Shown: positions 1-15,019, counted from the stretch's first letter. The stretch is 64,000 bases of DNA from Lama guanicoe (GCA_013239625.1 MU053513.1:3640303-3704302); one strand, 5' to 3'. Numbers and translations are program-made. Notes: generated by a model from the sequence alone, not told the origin.

Positions 1-169
1 AAGGCAGATTTGCATTGCTAGATTGAAAAGCAGAAGCTAGATATACCATACAGCTGAAAAACAGAGGGGGCCGGACACACACATGAACTACTGGCAGGAT
101 TTCATTTCAGTTATAATAGAGAAGGAGAAAAAAAGAGGGCTAGGCAAATTCCAGATCACACATTAATTT

Positions 170-459
170 ATTCCTTCATTCATAACTCTTATCTGTTGTG
201 CACTGTGCGGCATAGAGAAATGAATGACACAGACTGCTCTCAACTGAAAATTTTAACTACCAGATTTAATATAAAAAAGAATGACTTACTAAATAGAGGT
301 GTAAGCACAATTCAGTGGGACAGAGTAAAATGAGTAAAACGAATAATTATTGCTGATTGGAAGGACCAAGAAATGTTCCTTGAAGGTATCACTTGAGCCG
401 GACCTCGGAGGAGGACAATCAGGTAGAGAATGAGGAAGAGAATTAGACTCACGAAGGCA
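170..459 (-). mobile_element. LINE-2 3' fragment
   Basis: ttcattcat tail; ggaaggaccaagaaatgttccttgaagg. Confidence 0.55.
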
Positions 460-885
460 TGTGTTGCAGACTGGGTTCTCCAGAAACAGGTGCTTAGATG
501 GAGTTTGGGGTGCAACCCTTTATTAGAGGTCAACACCTGTGAAAAGAAGGGGAGGGGAGTGGGATTACACACAGGGAGATGTTAATCTGCCACCACACCA
601 CACAAAACCCCAGCCCATGTTTCAGGGAGCTCTGGACTGAGCACTGCCCTGCCCAGGGGTCGGGAGTAACATTGAAATGGCTGTACCTCTGTGAGCTCAC
701 CTGGCTCAGTTCCTGATCTGTCAGCTGTCCTGGAGGGGTGAAGCCACTGAAGTGGACCCTGAAGATGCTGGCAGCTAGAGGCTGTCTGTAACCACACTCA
801 CCTCAGCCAGGCAGCAAGTTCTTTCTTGAAGGGGAACCTGGGTGGCACATCTTTCTGTGGACTATAATGTATGAGGGCACGGCTT
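460..885 (-). mobile_element. ERVL solo LTR (LTR16/LTR33 class)
   Basis: tgttgcagactgggttctccagaaacag...tttattagaggtcaacacctgtgaaa resembles the reverse LTR16-class end. Confidence 0.65.
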
Positions 886-3399
886 GTCCCATCATGTTCC
901 AGAAGAGTTGGAGCAGAGATGAGGGCAAAAGACATGTGGAGGCAACTTCTCTCCTAGCTATATATTTGGAAAAAAAAAAAAACCAGTAATTTGAAAAGAT
1001 ACATGCACAGCTGCTGAGTGAATTTGGTAGCAGGGGCGAGGGGCGGGGAAGACCATACATTGTGTCCATTTTCACTGGGATCAGTTATTCTTGGATTATA
1101 GTGTCCTTGACAGTTCACTCAGCACAGACGTCTAACCCTTTACCTTTAATGTGATTACAACTAAATTGTCACCAAGGGCCTCATATCCCCTCTTTTTGGA
1201 GAAGCTAATACTCATCTTTACTGCCATGTACCTGTATCAGAAAGCCCATACCTGTGTCAGAAGAATGTCTTAACATGTATTCACCAAACATTGAGCTCAG
1301 GCTGTTTGCTATTGAATGGATTGTTTTTCCTCACTTGCTCTCAATCCATCATTATATATATTTTAAATGCAAATTCTCTGGGTAGGGGGACTGGGAAGAG
1401 AGACTATTTTTTCTGTTAAAAAATTACAGATAGTTTGTGTCCAGACAGAGCAGGAGCCCATGAACAGGCACCTTCGGGAAGCCAGCAGGGGTGGAAGGCG
1501 GCGCGCAGCTTCCGCGGGCTTGGCCCTGGGGGGTGGCGCTCACTTGTGACTGGGCTGCGGAAAGTGAGATGAGGACTCTGGGGGCAGTTTTAGCAGCAGC
1601 ATCTCATTATTGAATTTCTCAGTCAGTCAGAAACCTGCAGTGTGGTGCAAGGTTACCAAGTCTAAATAGGAGCACAGAGGACTGGAGAAGATACAGATGA
1701 TATCAGGAAGCAGAAAGGCAAGGCCTGGAAGATTCCCTTCACTCACTAGCGTGACACCTTAACTGCTTCTTAGTGTAAGGACCCTGCATGGTTTTGATGC
1801 CAACGTTATTTTCTGGTTAGACCTGTGAGGAAAAACACCTGAATATCACAATTTACCTGGGTATTGATTTAATTTAAATCTTTTCCAAATTGTACGTTAG
1901 TTTTCAAATGATTATTTTGCTTCGTTAGTTAAATAAGGAATTATTACCTAACTAGTGTATGCAACTAGCAGTAAGTGTTACCTAAGACGCATTTCTATTT
2001 TGGTAACAAATCCATCACTTAGGCACATCCCTTCACTTGGTATGAACTTGCCCTAATTCCACATATGTTGTCCTAGAGGAAAGGAAGAGCTTTTTATTAC
2101 TAGTCTTACAATTCCGCATGGAAAAAGTGACAGCAAACCTCACAGCTGTGCATCTTCAAAGTCTGGACATGACAAAATTAGACTAAAACTTCCCAGCACA
2201 TATCATATTGTTAAAAATTTATCCAGGATGTCACTGTGTTTCATGATTTTCAATCATAGGCACCACTTTACATGCTCTGGAATTTTGAAATCAGATCAGT
2301 ATGAGTTTATTTCAAACTGCAAGTCTATCTAATTGCTGAAGAGCCAGTTTCTCCACGTTGGCAAAGTTGTGGGCCTGTGAATTATTACTTGTCATATGTT
2401 TTGGGTCATTTGTTGTCTCTTCTTCACAGGATGCTTTCTGTCAGACATGGTCAAAAAATAAAGCTGAAAATCCAAGCTGAAAGTTGAAAGAAAATAAGTA
2501 ATATTTGCTAAAATTTAAAGTAAAAAAATTAATGCTAGATTTGATGGTCTCCATGTGTTCATTTCTTAAATGCTTCCTTCCTGAAAACACTCTCCTGTAT
2601 TGTGCATTAATGTTTTATAGGTCCCTCTTACAGGAAAGGTTTACTTAGAAGGGAAAGTTTGCCCCCTGCAATAAGTGGAGCAAGTACTGCTCTCTCACAG
2701 TTGTGCGTGCGCTATCACAACCTGTTTTTTCAGATTTCAGGTTTCAAACTTACAACCACATAAGCCATCTCCATATGCATGATCCCTAATTTAATTTTCT
2801 CATGTTCAGTAAAAGAGGGAATGAAACTCCATCTCTTCCTTCCTGGAAGAGGTTTGATTTCCTGTCCCACTGCCATCACGCTGTTCCCTGAAACCCTAGT
2901 TTTGATGTTTGTGCATAACGTTTGTACTGAGTTTATGAATTTATCTGATGCTCTTGGTTTCTATAAACTAGTTTATGATAGTGTTGATGTGTTGTTTATT
3001 GGCTCTGTGATCTATTTTGGATTAGTAGACCATGTCTAGTTTCCTAACCTTATATGTCATCTGTATCATTTACAGTTCAGTCAGGGAGTTAATACTAACA
3101 CATAAACTTTAGAGAGTTGTTTACTGCTAAACTGTGATGGTGATTGTAAGAGAAATAGGATTTCCAGTTATAGAAGAGAGAGCTCAGTTAAGTGCTAAAA
3201 ATCAGATTTAATGTAGGAGAGAGCCTTTGAAGTGGGCCTAGGAAGATGGGTAAGATGAGAATTTTTAAAGAAAAGGACAAAGTATTCCAAGTTAAGAAAA
3301 ATCAAGAATAAAGTCAAAGAGCCTTCATTCAATATGTGGAATACTGTCCTGAGCATACGGCTTCATCTCTTCTAAGTTTCCTGAATGAATATCTATCTG

Positions 3400-3462
3400 A
3401 ATATATATATATATTATATATGTGAATATATATGAGATATATATATATATGTATATGCATAT
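3400..3462. repeat. Imperfect (TA)n microsatellite
   Basis: Seen directly. Confidence 0.85.
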
Positions 3463-4329
3463 TTGAGTCTAATTTGCATTAGAAGCTAGGCCCAACTATG
3501 ATTGAAACAACTTGTTTGACTGAGTTGTACCCTCTTCGAACTGGTCCAGTTCTTTCATTGGATTGATCATACTGAATAATTGTCTTGATATCGAATAGAT
3601 ACACTTTCAGCATCCTTAATGAGGAACACAGTAATTTTCTCTCAATACGCCTGGTTAACTTTTGTTGCCTAAAGGTGCCAAAATGTGAGAAGTCCTTGGG
3701 CCACAACTCTTGGTCTGAGACTTAAATTCTAATCGCTTGAAAAATCAGAAACCATGACACATGTTGAATGGTTTTTACATCCTTGGGAATGCTCAGAGTG
3801 AAGTAAGGGTATGTTTTTTACTAGTTGGAATAACCATAGGAAGTGTTTTGTTTTAATGAATTTATTCATTTAATTAAGTAACATGGGGGTAAACTATTCA
3901 AATGATACAGAAAAGGCATGGAGTCCCTAGTACCTCAGAATCCTGCCTCAGAGATGGCAAGTGTTGTCAATGCCTTGTGTATCCTTTCAAATAAATGTGT
4001 GCATTTAAAAGTATATATTTATGTGTATATGCATAATATATATCTATGTATCTTCTATCCCTTTCTCTATATAAATAAAAGCATGCTGTACTAGCGTTCT
4101 ATGTGCATAGTATATTTGGGAAATCAGTTCATCAGTAAGTACAGAGCAGTCACAGGCATTTGAAGAGAGATCCTGAAGGAAATACATCAGGCTCTTAAAA
4201 TTTTATTATTTGTACAATTTGAAGAAATATGTCTTCAATGCCCTTCTCTGTCTTCTACTCACATATAGAGGTCAAGTCTACATGCCCCCTTTCTAACTCT
4301 TAGCCCTAGTTACTCTCTGGCAGAATCCA

Positions 4330-4540
4330 CTGGTCTCTCGTCTGTGTTCTGTAAATAAGCTATACATTATGCATACTCTATTTATGACCCTGATCATATG
4401 AAAGATATTTAATTGGCTTGTTCATCTGTTTTTATCAATGAGTAGATTGTGAGTCCCCTTAAACTTTTCTTTCTCTGAATCCTCATTCCTTATTACAGAG
4501 TCTGGTATGTAATAGGTACTCAATAAATATTTGCCTGAGT
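4330..4540 (+). mobile_element. LINE-2 3' end
   Basis: tagattgtgagtcccc...taggtactcaataaatatttg. Confidence 0.6.
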
Positions 4541-6559
4541 TAAAAAAAGGGTGAGGCTCTTACCTTTCACTGTTCCTAGAATCCAGATTTTTTCCATTGT
4601 TGTTGCATTTGACTTGAATACTTATCTCCTCAGTTACGACTCTTTTTTTAAACCATGGAGCGGGAAAAGACTTGGGATGAAAAATAAAACTTATAAGTCA
4701 CCTGGAAATACTTATACAATGCACCTTTCATAAACTTTTATGAGAAAAATAAATGATCCTTTCCATTTTGTATTGTGAATTGCTGAAAAAAGGCTGATAT
4801 GGCCAAAATAAACCTGCAACCTTCCGCCTGGAGCAATTGCCCATAGATGTGTTTGCATTCACACTTCTGGAAACTGCTCCATGATGTATGCACACATTTG
4901 TGTAATGCTCACAAAGATGCTTCACACCATTACTTCTAAAATCTTCATGTTTGGCTCAAGCAGACTTCCTTAATAGCATCATGAATTGTGTTGCCATTTT
5001 ATTAGACTACAGTGATGTATTTTCATTTATCTATGCTCTATTCATTTAAATATCACCCTCCCTCACTTGCAATATTTAATAGAACTTTCGGTGTAAGTGC
5101 AAATAGTTGAAAGAATTTTTTTTTGGTGGATCTGTTTTAAACATCCTTACCAAAAGCATGAGCGTTTTTCTTCATTTTGCTTTGAAGATCATTTAAGACT
5201 CATCTTTAAACTGCCTCATTATGTCTTTCAGAAATACAGTTCTCATATAACAACTAATCAGGAAATTCAAAGTATTTGAAATATGTTAGGAAAAACAGAT
5301 GTTTGCTATTTAAAGTACTGCAGATGATTGTTATTTCTTTTTCTAGTCAAAAGACGTTCATAGCCACTAGATAAATGTATTGTCTTTAAGTGTTTATCCT
5401 TCTGTGTGACAGTGGTGGGAAGCCTTCACTCCTAGAGTTAGAAATGAAACTGTTCTGCTTAACTATTCATTTTGCACAGCAGGAAAGCTGGGGTTGGGAA
5501 AACATCAGTAAATTTCACTCTTCTTAGCTTAAAAGTGAAAAATAGACAATGGAAATAGCATTTGTTGGCTGGCTGCTTTGAAATCCTAAGGCTGAAAGAA
5601 TTCAGTAGCTATTCTTTTTCACCCAAAATGAGCTCAGCTGATTTTGTAGAAAACTAAACCTTACAGATAAACATAGATGTGAAAATGTTAAGCAGCTGAG
5701 CTAATGAAGCCAAATCTAAGGGAGCAGGAGTAGAAGTAGGAAGGGTTGTCCAAACAGAAATAATTATGCGCTGAATTCAACTATAGAATTTAAAAGATTT
5801 AGTATCACTTAGTATTTGTGTTGAAACAGGATCATAACAATTATCCACTTACCTTTAGAAAAATTTTAGAGTTCATTTGGTTCAGCATTCTGCTTTGGGA
5901 TTGCAGGCTTGGAGAGGTGGAAAGGCTTAACCAAGATTATCTGATGACTCGGTGTCAAAGCTGGGCTTTGAATCCATGTCTCCAGGTTACGAGTCTAGAG
6001 TTCTTCTGTACTTCTCTGAAGTACAATAAACACATCACTTTTCATTTCACAGCAGTATTTTGCTTTTCTTTTTGGTGGGTGGGGGACAAGCTGAGAGTGG
6101 GAGGAAAGCCATACCTATGCAATGGATGGAGAAAGAAGAAAAAGAATTAAGATTGGTTGGCAGATGAGGAGGAACTTTGGGAGAACAAAAACATCAATGG
6201 GGGAATGTTCTTGTGTTTCTGGCATATGGTGTACAGTGTGTGTCCTCTTCTCTGCCTTCTCGTGAACTCCTCAGCAAACATTAATTCCTCAACTCTATTG
6301 TAGAGTCGGATCACTTTTGATGGGCGTAACTAAAATGCTGAGGATGACCTCTGGGTGGATGGAGTCAAAAGCCCAGACTGCCATGTGGAGGACTGCCACA
6401 CAATTATTTGAATAAGTCTCTTCTCTAAACTATGAGCTCTACAAGAGTAAGCCATAGGTCTGCCTGTTCACCACTGTATCTTTAATATTAAGCACATTGC
6501 CTGGCAGGTAATACATGCACAATAAATTTGTTGAAATCTGTTAGGACACAAATACAAGA

Positions 6560-6780
6560 TGACTACTTCTCTGCAAAGGATATGTATCAGGCACTTGATC
6601 TTCAGGACAGCTTAATCTCAGGACAACTCTACAAGGTGTTTACTTCTAACTGCCATTTGTATATTAGGGAGCTGAAACTAGGGGGCAGCAAGTCACTATG
6701 CAAGGGCACACAACTCATTAGTGGCAAAGCTGATATACGTGAGAGAATGGTAGGGTTATCTGGCTCCAAATGTCAGAGCT
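6560..6780 (-). mobile_element. MIR SINE (interrupted at the L1 5' end)
   Basis: caagtcactatgcaagggcacacaactcattagtggcaaagctg...tctggctccaaa. Confidence 0.6.
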
Positions 6781-8579
6781 GGGGGCAATTCAAGATGGCA
6801 GCATAGGAAGACTTTGAACTTACTCCACCTATAGACACACTGAATCTGCAACTACTAGAACAATTCCTCCTAAAGAAGAACTGAGGGCTGATTAAACAGC
6901 TTCTGCACAACAACAATAGGAGAGGCAGAGGCATAATATCGACAGGAACCCCAGCCCTGACGCAGTGATCTGCAGTAGGGAGGGATAACACTGAGGTGCC
7001 TGTGTGCGGACTTATCCACTGTGGGGTGCGGTAAAAAAAACAATGGTTTAAAGGGCACTTAGACTATATGTGAAGGAAATCCATTTACTAAACTTAGAGT
7101 GTCTGCCGAAAGGACAGGGAACTGCATGAACTCTCTCCAGGGCCAGAGGCCCTGGAAAACACCTTTTTTGGGGCACTCTTTCTCCACCTGGGTAACAGGA
7201 TGGGAACATGGTTAACACTTTGGCTGCCTGTTAAGACTGCCCTAGCATGCCCCAGGCCCCTAGCCCATACCAGCTGAAGCCCCTCCGCCTCCACTCCAAC
7301 GTGTCTGTTGCCCCATGCTTGCACTTGCCCTAACTCTAACCTTCCTGCTAAGGCAGCTCTGGTGCAGAGCACCCTGAAGCCTGCACCTGCTTCGGCTTCA
7401 GCCAGCCTGCTAAAACCACTTGAAACATGCAGTCTGTACGTCAGATGCCCCTACAAAAGACCACATCGTTAAAACCAGGAGAGGTACCTGTTTTGCCTTA
7501 TTCATAGAAACAAATGCAGAAAGTTAAACAAAATGAAGAGTCAGATGAATATGTTCCAAACAAAAGAACAAGATAGAAACCCAGAAAAAAACAAATGATT
7601 CAGGGATAAGTAATTTAATTAACAGAGTTCAAAGTAATGGTCATTAAGATGCTCACCAAACTCAGAAGAATGGAGGAACACAGTGAGACCTTCAACAAAG
7701 AGATGAAAAATATAAGAAAGAACCAATCAGAGGTGAAGAATAAAATAAATGAAAAATACACTAGATGGAATCAACAGCAGATTAGATGCTACAGAAGAAC
7801 AAGTCAGTGACCTGGAAGGCACAGCAGTGGAAATGACCCAATCAGGACAGCAAAAAGAAAAAAAATTTAAGATGATGACAGTTTAAGGGACTTTCGTGAT
7901 GACATCATGTGTATTAACATTTAAATGAATAGGGTCCCAGAATAAGAAGAGAGAAAGGGACAGAAAACTTATCTGAAGAAATAACAGCTGAAAACTTTCC
8001 TATCCCAAGGAAGGAAACAGATGCCCAGGTCCAGGAAGCACAGAGTGTAAAACAAGGTGACCCTAAAGAAATCCATACCAAGACATATCATAATTAAAAT
8101 GGAAAAACTTAAAGAGAGAATTTTAAAGCCAGCAAAAGAAAACTAGTTACATCAGCTGATATTTCAGCAGAAACTTTGCAGGCCCAAAGAAGAGTGGTAT
8201 AATATATTCAAAGTGCTAAAAGGGATAAAACTTACAACTCTATCTGAAAAGATTATCATTTAGAATTGAAGGAGAGGTAAAGAGTTACCCAGACAAGCAA
8301 AACCCAAAAGTGTTCATCGCCAGCATCAGCCTTACGTGAAATGTTACAGGGTCGTCTTTAAGTGGAAAAGAAAGGCCATCACTAGAAATAAGAAAATAAA
8401 TGAAAGAAAAAAAGTTACTGGTAAAAGGCAACATATATAGTAAAGACAGTGGGTCAGCAACTCAAAAAGTCAATATGAAGGTTTAAAGACAAAATTAGTC
8501 AGTTATAACTACAATAGGTAGTTAAGGGATACACAAAATAAAAATGTGTAGTTATGATGTAAAAAACATAAAATGTGGA
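6781..8579 (+). mobile_element. LINE-1 5' portion (5'UTR, decayed ORF1, part of inter-ORF spacer)
   Basis: Begins gggggcaattcaagatggc, a typical L1 5' end. ORF1-like sequence ~7530-8360 (e.g. gtccaggaagcacagag, atttcagcagaaactttgcaggcc). Confidence 0.88.
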
Positions 8580-9119
<540 letters not shown>

Positions 9120-11330
9120 AAGGACAAGACAAGGGTGGCCAATCTCATTACTTTTATTCAACATGGTATTGGAAGTTCTAACCATGGTAACCAGACAAGA
9201 AAAAGGAATAAAATGCATCCAAACTGGAAGAGAAAAATTAAAACTGTTACTATTTGCTGACAACACGACTATATATAGAATGCCCTAAAGACTCCACCAA
9301 AAAACTTTTAGAACTAATAAAAGAGTTCAGTAAAGTTACAGAATACAAAATTAATACACAGAAATCTGTTGCATAAGTACAGATACACTAGTAATGAACT
9401 AAATGTAGACAACAGGTTTCTACTGTGTAGCACAGGGAACTTTATTCAATATCTTATAGTAACCTACAATGAAAAAGTATATGAAAAGGAACATATGTAT
9501 GTATATGTACGACTGAAACATGTTGTACATTAGGAATTGACACAACATTGTAAACCAACTATACTTCAATAAAAAAGAAATGAAGAAAACAATTCCATTT
9601 AGTATTACATCAACAAATAAAATACCTAGGAATAAATTTAGCAAAGGAGGTAAAAATGTACTCTGAGAACTAAGGAATCGATAAAGGAAATTGAAGATGA
9701 CACAAATAAGTGGAAATAAACTATGAGCTCGTGGGTTGCAAGAATGAATATTCTTAAAATATCCGTGTTACTCAAAGCAATCCACAGATTCAATGCAATT
9801 CCTTACAAAATACCCATGGCATTTTTCACAGAACTAGAACAAATAATTCTGAAGTTTGTATGGAACTACAAATGACCCCAAATAGCCAAAGCTATCTTAA
9901 GAAAGAAGAACTAAGCTAGAGGTATTATGCTCCCTGATTTCAAGGTATACTACAAAGCTGTAGTAATCAAAGCAGTATGGTACTGGCACAAAAACAGACA
10001 CATAGATCAAGAACAGAATGGAAGGCCCAGGAATAAAGCCACCCTTATACGGACAATTAATCTATGACAAAGGATGCCAGAATATGCAGTGAAGAAAAGA
10101 CATCTCTTCAATAAACGGTTTTAGAAAAACTGGACAGCTGCATGCAAAAGAATCAAACAAGACAATGCCCACACCACATACAAAAGTAAACTCAAAATGG
10201 ATTAAATACTTAAATATAAGATCTGAAACCATAAAACTCTTAAAAGAAAACATAAGTAGTAAGTTCTTTGACAATAATTTTAGCAGTATTTTTTTGAGCT
10301 CTCTCTCCTCAAGAAAGGGCAGCAAACACAAAAATAAGCAAATGAGACTACATCAAGCTAAAAAATACTGCACAGCAAAGGAAACCATCAACAAAACAAA
10401 AAGGCAACTTACTGAATGGGAGAAGATACTGCAAATGGTGTATCTGATAAGGAACTGATTTCCAAAATGTATAAACAACTCATACAATTAAATAACAAAA
10501 AATCCAAAACAGAAAACAACCCAATGAAAGAATGGGCAGAGGACCTGAACAGACATTTCTGCAAAGGAGACATTTAGATGGCCAAAAGAATCATAAAAAG
10601 GTGTTCAACATGACTAATCATCAGGGAAATGCAAATCAAAACCACAACGAGATGTCATCTCACACCTGCCAGAATGGCTATTGTCAAAAAGTCAATAAAA
10701 AAGTGTTATCAAAGGTGTAGAGAAAAGGGAACACTTGTGCACTGTTGGTGGGAGTGTAAATTGATGCAGCCACTATGAAAAACAGTGTGAAGTTTCTTCA
10801 AAAAACTAAAAATAGAACTAGCATATGATCCAGCAATTTCACTCCAAGCTATTTATCTGAGGAAAATGAAAACACTAATTCAAAAAGATAAACACACCCC
10901 ACTGTTCACTGCAGTATTATTTACAATAGCCAACTGTGAAAGCAACCTACGTGCCCACAGATAGATGAATGGATAAAGATATAATATGGTATATATATTT
11001 TATATGTGTATATATATATGTATGTGTATGTATATATATAAAAATGGTATATTACTCAGCCATAAAAAAGAATGAAACCTTGTCATTTGCAATAACATGT
11101 ATGGACCTAGAGAGTATTATGCTATATAAGTCATACGGAAAAAGACACTGAGTCATGGGGATATAATATACACCATAGTGAATATAGTCAATAATATTGT
11201 AGTAACTTTGTATAGTGACACATGGTAACTAGACTTAAAATGGTGATTATTTTGTAATATATAAAAATACTGAATCACTATTTGTACATCAGAAACTAAT
11301 GTAAATTGTAAGTCAGTTATACTTAAATAC
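9120..11330 (+). mobile_element. LINE-1 3' portion (ORF2 from RT domain to C-terminus, 3'UTR)
   Basis: Resumes at the RQGxP..LLFN.VLEVL RT-coding motif. ORF 10165-10458 (TPHTKVNSKWIKYLNIRSETIKLL) is ORF2-like. Confidence 0.92.
9402..9576 (+). mobile_element. Short 5'-truncated younger L1 3' end nested in the older L1 ORF2
   Basis: agcacagggaactttattcaatatctt...aactatacttcaataaaaaa interrupts host sequence aatgaacta/.../gaaatgaagaaaacaattccattt. Confidence 0.8.
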
Positions 11331-14300
11331 AGTTTTTTTCATGAAATTTAATTAGAAAAAGACACTAACTCCAAATTACATAATGTATTTACATTATGTA
11401 ATTACATAATGTAATTACAGATGCATGTGTAAATAAACTTGTGAGTCAGATATATAAATGGATCTTTGATTATTTAATCCCCTTCAATATATTTTGATTA
11501 AACCCTAAGCCCCTCTTTTAATCTTCTCACTGGGAAGGTAGGAACTTGTCATACATTTGGGGCTGTAATATTAGGTATATAATATTATTTCTGTCTGGCT
11601 TTTTTCTCTTCAGATAATCCACTTATCAAATTAGTATTTGTAAAAAGATAGGATTTGTTAGTTCTTAAGATGATGAAATGGGGAAAAGTAAACCTTTAGA
11701 GTGGAGTGTGTAATCACTACCAAGGAAATGCCAGTGAATATAGGGAAGTAAACTTTGTCTATTAAAATTGAGTATCTGCAACTATATATAGGTAGAGATT
11801 TCTGAGAAATAAATGCTTTCTTTGATATCATAAAGGTATATATGAGCACCTTGTTATAATGACACTAAATTTTCATTTTCATTTTCTGCTATATACTTAT
11901 GACATATTCATATTTCTTTAGTTTTTGTCTTACTATAGCAATCCAACAGTGATAAATAAGCATATCCACTTAGAATCCCAGCCTGATTTTCTGCAACAAG
12001 GTCATATTATCATGTTTATTTGTGCTACCCCAACTTTCTACCAGACAGCTCGTAAGGGATTTGTGCGTTAAATCTTTGAGTGCATCTGAAAAGCTTGCCT
12101 AGTAATTGGACAGAAAGAGACCCTTAAGTACAAGGTTACCTAACCCAAACCATTATTTCGGTCACATACTTCTCTAATATTAAGCAGTTAGGAAGACACA
12201 CATATAATTAAATGATCTAATGAATATCTATTTGTCATTCAAAATATTGTTCTCATCAGAGAAAGGTGACAACTATTAATGTTCACTCCTCTGGGCTATA
12301 ACTAAAGGTGAACTTACATCTTTAGGCACATAGAATGGATTTGACCTCCCTCAACTTAAAAAAAAAGCACGTATCTTTGGCTTTTTTCTTTGGTTATATT
12401 AAGTCTCTTGGAGCTCAAAACATGCGTATTTCTTTCCATACAAATTAATGTCATATTGTATTCAGTCTCTAAAGACTTATCACATAATTTTGATACTTGC
12501 TACAGGGCAAATGAATTATAAAATCATGTTTTTAAAATATCTTTCATTTCTAGGTTTTGCATGGAGAATTCCCTTGTCTTTTATTGTTCATTTTTCTTTC
12601 TGTGAATTTCTTTGATTGCTCTTATGGATTTTTTTGCTAGTCAAATTTAGCTTAATAGCATTCTCTATTATTTTTTCAAAGATCAATTTCTTTTTGAGGC
12701 TGTTGGTGGGTAGCTTTCACTGAATTTAAATATCAGCTTCTATAAAAACCTGAGTCCACTTGAGACTTAGATGCCATATATTCTTGACTTTCCAGCATAT
12801 TTGAATTCCAAATAATGAATTTTCTTTTTCTGTTTGTAAGTAATTATCTTTTCCTTAGGCTAGAAGCATCTAAAACCTTTGAAAAAGATCAGAATAAAAA
12901 TGGTACAGGGGAGGGGATTTGGGAAATGGAGGAGAATAGGTTTTCCAATTTAGGTGCAAAAGCCGAGCATTTGATGCACTTACTAGGAAGATGGAATGAG
13001 AAACCTTCAAAGTGTTTTCTACATTTAAATAAATTATTTTCTGTTTCCCTTACTTTAAGTCTATCTTTTTTTCCTTTTCTAGGATATGTTGTTATTTAGC
13101 CTGTTTTATTTTGAAGCCTTCTGCTGAGTTTCTCGTAATATGTAATCATTTTACCTTCTATTCCCTGTTATCCATGCTGATGTGAGAAAGCTAGGACATG
13201 CATGATCCAAGACAGTCCAGAAGGAACCCATTATCAGAGTTAAACGTACACACCTTTGTCTCTCCCTGCCAGAAGGATGATACCAGAGAGGTAGGAATGT
13301 ACCTGCAGGTTTATCACTATTGGGATCTATAGAATAAAATTCAGGAGAACAAAGGGTAGATTTTCTGTCTTGAGCCTAAGATCCTCCTCTTTTACTGCTT
13401 TTAGAAGAATTGGTAAGGATTTAAATAAATCAATTATAAAAAAACTCTTAGCTTTATTAAAATATATTTTTATCTTTTAGTATTCCCTCTGAGAAAGTAG
13501 AGGGGTATTACTGAGGTGCATGCTGCAAATAAAATCAGACTAAAAAGCTTACTAACAAATTTTAAGAAGCCTATGAGCCTGGGATTGTGTTTATAAATTT
13601 TTCTGTCATTTAAGCTGATAACGGCATCTAAGGCACATGCTATTTCCTGTCTGTTGCTCGTATATTCAGAGAGAATGTATTTACCCAGAGACTGGCAGGG
13701 GAGAGAGGGGAAGGAAAGATTATATTTCTCTTCCATACAAATATTAATGTATCCCAAAGCACGTAGAAGTCTCTACAGGATCATATGGAGCTAAAAAAAA
13801 AATCAACATGTTGCACTGTTTACCAGCCTAGCATCTAAATGTCAGCTTGGCTAGGTTTTTGTGAGGGCCTTCTTATTTGATAGTCTTGATGTGCTTTTGT
13901 CAACTAAGCACACATCTCTGAACATTTTCAGATCCAGAAAGGCCTTGAAAATATGGGATGGGGTGTGTGTTGTGTGGTGAGATGAGGACAGGATATTTGG
14001 AATGAAGAATGCTAAACTAACTTTAATACTGATGCCGAAGCATAGCAAGCAGGCTTTTGTCCTTCACTTTATTCTGGTGCTCACCTCTCCACCTAAGGCA
14101 GCTGCCAAGAATACCAAGGAGACAGTGCAGCAGGGGAGCCACAAAAACCGATGCTGGCCAAAAGCTCTGGACCAAAAATGAAGCTTAGGGTAGAATATTC
14201 ACAAGCTAGCCAAGGGTGAGGCTTCTGCCTTGAAAGCCAAAGGACAGCATAGCTAACCTGGCATTTGTATCTGGCATTCTTTTGTCTCTTCCAGGATTTT

Positions 14301-14624
14301 ATTTCTCTTGAGATTCAAGGACATGAAGCCTCAGGTCACTATATGAAACCCGTATGTGCATGCCATAGAACTCCGTTTTAGTATGACATTTGTCTGTGCT
14401 TTTGGATAAAATGAACCAGATCATCTTGCTTCAAATGAAATATACACTCACAGAAGTCAAATGATTAAGCTTATATTTTACTTTTAGTTTATGTGACAGA
14501 TTTAAATAACCTTCTTCAGCTATATTTTTTAGAAAGAGGTTTATGTATTAACAAAGGATACCACACCCAAACTGGATGTGGTTCTGTTCCGGCACTGCAC
14601 TATGAGAAGTGCTACTGACCTAAA

Positions 14625-15019
14625 GTTAAGGGCTGGACATTCGTGTCCCCCTCAAAATGCATATGGTGAAGCCCTACTCCTACAGTGATATCTGGGGCTG
14701 GGGGGAGGTAATCAGGTTCGGGGGAGGACATTAGGGTAGATTCTTCACAATGAGATTAGTGCCCATATAAGAAGAGAGCAGAGCTCTCACATGCATGCGT
14801 TCTCTCTCGCTCTCTCGTGTTGCTCTCGCTCTCTCCCATGTGAGGACACAGCGTGGAGGCAGCTGTCTGCAAGTGAGAGAAATAGCACTCCCCAGAACCT
14901 GACTGTGCTGGACCTGTGATCTCAGACTTCCCAGCCTCCAGAACTGAGAGAAATAAATGTCTGTTTTTTAAGTCACCCCCATCTATATTATTGCATTAGA
15001 GCATCCCAAGCGAAGACAC
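14625..15019 (+). mobile_element. MaLR solo LTR (MLT1A-like)
   Basis: gtgtccccctcaaaatgcatatggtgaagcccta...cagcctccagaactgagagaaataaatgtctg...aagaca. Confidence 0.85.

Noticed and set aside
3479..3706. 75-aa minus-strand ORF in unique sequence
   Set aside because: No recognisable homology or splice context; length within random expectation.
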